Made by a program: the position numbers and the translations under genes. From positions 20,274,001 through 20,338,000 of the forward strand of contig NC_045707.1 in the NCBI RefSeq assembly GCF_009834535.1: a DNA stretch of 64,000 bases. Direction: 5' to 3'. Within the stretch, counting starts at the first letter, position 1. Each line of letters opens with the position of its first letter. Origin of the DNA: Camelus ferus (Eukaryota). The notes below the pieces were generated by a model. It was not told the origin of the DNA, made no database searches, and was given only the letters and a program-made list of their open reading frames with translations. Of the stretch, positions 61,051 through 64,000 are shown piece by piece.

Positions 61051-64000
61051 AAAGATGCCACCTGAAAATCCCAATATTCTGCCCATGGTTTTTATTTCTA
61101 GGGTTATAAATCGGCACACTCCCCCCTTCTTTTTGACTTTACCTTTGAATACCATCAAGGCCAGAGAATGGAACCAAGATAACATAAAATGGGTGCTCCT
61201 TTGTGATGATGGGCTGTTTATATCACTGAGGACTTCTAGTTAGGATGGCCATTCAAGAAGCTTCTGTCCTAGCTTTTCTCTAATTTCATCTGTACTAGTC
61301 TTAAGGCTTCAGTTATCATCTCTGTGCAGTTACGTAAATACACGCTTCTAGCATTGTCCCTTTCTCCTTAATCCCACGTAAAAACACTACCTGTCTAGAA
61401 TTGAATTAGTTATTTTCACAAAGTTGTCTTGTCCTTTGGACTTTCTTTGTATCGGTGGTTTTTATTCTCCTCCAAATTGTCCACATTCAAGAGTGATATT
61501 GTAGTTAGTTTGTTGATTTGTGTTTATTTCTTACTTATTTTTTTTCTTCCTCATTAGAATGCATGCTCCAAGAAGGCAAGACCCTTGCTTGTTTTATTTA
61601 TTCATTGTATCCCTAGCTCCTGTTACAGTGCCTGGCTCAACAACAAGTACTCAATAAACATTTAAAATCCATGTGTGAATGGATGTTATTACCATATGCC
61701 CTATTTACCCACATGGTATGTTGTGGAAAAATAAGAGAGAACACATGACAAGCACCAGATTAAATCCACTGTAGCAATTTCAATGATTTCCTCTCTCATT
61801 CAAATCTTGGCAGTTGTCAGATCCTATTTACTTAATTCTTCATGATGAATTTCTCTTTCATTTTCTTTTCAATACCCATAGAGATCATTTCAATTAAGTC
61901 TTCTCACATGGCAGCGATTGCTTTCATTTTTTTTCTACCTTTGTGTTACACTTTCAGGTTAATCTCCAGTAAAGCAAAGCTTTGAGCAGAGTCTGTACTC
62001 CCTTAATGGCCTTTAACATTCTCCCACATTCTGAAGCTTGAGTCCAAACTCAAGAGGAGATTGGATACCTTTCATAGTCTTACTAATTTACCTCTAGTCT
62101 CTTTTCCCATTACATACACCTTTTGCCCAAAATATACTGGAGATTTGCTCTTCCCTAATATGATACTTAATTTTATTTATTTATTAATTTGAATAATTAC
62201 AGTCTTCTAGGGGCCAAGACCTTTGCTTCAAAGATCAAAGTCCCTGCTCTCAAGCAAGCAAACAATTACATTAAACATTAGATCATGAGAAAAGGCCAAA
62301 ACAGGTACTGTGGGTGTACACAGGGCAACTTCTAAACTGGTTTGGTGTGGGGAGGTTAGGAAAGACTTCACTGAGGAGTTTACACTTGAACTGGACCTTT
62401 AAAGACCAATAGGAATTCAGATAAGAATCAAGAAAGTCTACTGCAAGCCAAAGGAAGCAAAAGCAAAAAGGCATAGAGAGTAAAGACACAGTCAGTTGCA
62501 ATTTGTGAATATTTCAGTGGCTGAAGCACAGGGGTGAGTGACTGGGTGCTGAGAGGCTGGAGACTAACAAGAGCTGGGTCACAAGACCTTTGTGTGTGGA
62601 TCCATCCTCCATGTAAATTCCCTAAGGGCAAGAGGAATCCTGGAAGAATTTTAAGTAGGGGCATGACTAGTCTGATTTGTCCCTTTGTTTATATTCTTCT
62701 ATAAGCGTGAAAATCTTCCCTTTTTCCTCTTTCCTCATTAACCACACCCCCACCTCCACCTGTCTAAATCCTGCTCATATTCCAAAGATCACAAAGATGT
62801 TCTGTCTTCCATAACTTTATAGGTCACCTGGTCAAAAGTACTTTCACTCTCCTTGGTGTACCCATTCTCCAAGCCACTTTGGTTTGAAACAAAATGAGAT
62901 TTAAAAAAACCCACAATATGACATTAATGGAAAATTTTAAAAGGAAAAATTATAATCCAGTCACCCAACATAACTTCATATTGCTCATTCTTTCCTAAAC
63001 TTTTGAATATAATATTTAAGAGTTGAAATCATGGTGTTTATATAATTTTATTATGTTTTACATTCCACTGTATCACATTAATGATTTTTTAAAAATTTAC
63101 TGTTATTAGTTTTAATGGCTGTTTTGTAAACCATTCCTGTATAACTGGATGTGAAGTTTGTTTTTATTTTTTAGCTATTTATAGATAATACCATAATTTT
63201 CACATGATTACTCCCTTTCTTCTTTTTTCTGTTTTTGTTTTTTTTTTCCGTTAGAACTATTTACTTACGCTAAATTCTCAAGATCAGAATTACTGAAACA
63301 AAGTGTGTTGAATTGTCTTTGACTTCAACCTCCTTACCCCTCCCCAAGTCAGGGAATTACCGAAGGCTGTTGATTCTTTGATAATGTATCTGGCATCATT
63401 CTCTTCCTTTCCATTCTCACTGTTTCAGGCAGTTCTGCCTCATGCCAGGATTATTGCAGTCTTTTTTTCCTAACTGATTTCCCCAGTCTCCAGTGTTTTC
63501 TCTTAACAATTCATCTTTTCATCATGCCAGAGTAATTGCCCTAAAATACTGCTTTGGATAAAAGATTCATTCATTTGACAAATATTTTTTGAATGCATGC
63601 CATGTTCCAGATATTCAGCTCCTTAACTGACATTTCAAGGTCTGAACATTCTCTCATTTACTTAACACCAGCCTGACTCAGCCGGACTGGTCTAGTCACC
63701 CTTTCTGGAACATGCCATCTACCTTCCCATGTCTGAAATTTTGCTTTAGAGTAAGATTCTGTTTACAATCTCATTCTGCTTCCCTTTTCATTTACTTTAG
63801 TTTGACTCTTTCTTCGGAGCCCACCTCTAGTCTCAGTCCTCCCTCCACGGAGCCTTGAGTTTTTAACTCTTGTCTCGAAACGGTCACAGCTAAGCAAACA
63901 GTATCCTCAGTGGGCCCTCTTTTGTTCACCTGATAAATTCCAAATTCCTTGACTTTGTTTTTAAGGCTTTCTAAGATCTTTAAATTTTTAAATTTTCAGC

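Larger units (their letters stand above)
52560..64000 (+). other. PYM1: 5' part of PYM1 gene (first exon region and long, repeat-rich intron 1; remaining exons outside the window)
   Basis: Synteny plus the exon-1-like sequence. No KYIASTQRPDG exon was found in the window. Confidence 0.55.

Overview
This is mammalian genomic DNA, not prokaryotic. It is most likely from a camelid (alpaca/camel): five copies of a tRNA-derived SINE of the camelid vic-1 type are present, and the proteins look artiodactyl-like. The window is the conserved RAB5B(-) / CDK2(-) / PMEL(+) / DGKA(-) / PYM1(+, 5' end only) block, syntenic to human 12q13.2. I reconstructed four CDSs exon by exon from GT/AG boundaries, and their lengths close exactly: RAB5B 648 nt (215 aa, 5 coding exons), CDK2 897 nt (298 aa, 7 exons, plus an intact optional 144-nt exon), PMEL 1911 nt (636 aa, 11 exons) and DGKA 2205 nt (734 aa, 23 coding exons). 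Two N gaps are present (53233-53372 and 58391-58526). I see no evidence for a wholly new biological system. The best leads are: (1) an uncompensated Cys->Arg change in the PMEL Kringle-like domain; (2) a merle-like antisense SINE offering a T15-GCAG cryptic acceptor in PMEL intron 6; (3) the CDK2 long-isoform exon, which appears to be an exonised LINE-2 tail; (4) a possible 40-aa polybasic N-terminal extension of DGKA; (5) a dead (ATA) PYM1 first coding exon, with the real start possibly hidden in an assembly gap. Comparisons to human/mouse proteins and repeat-family names are from memory and need database confirmation.
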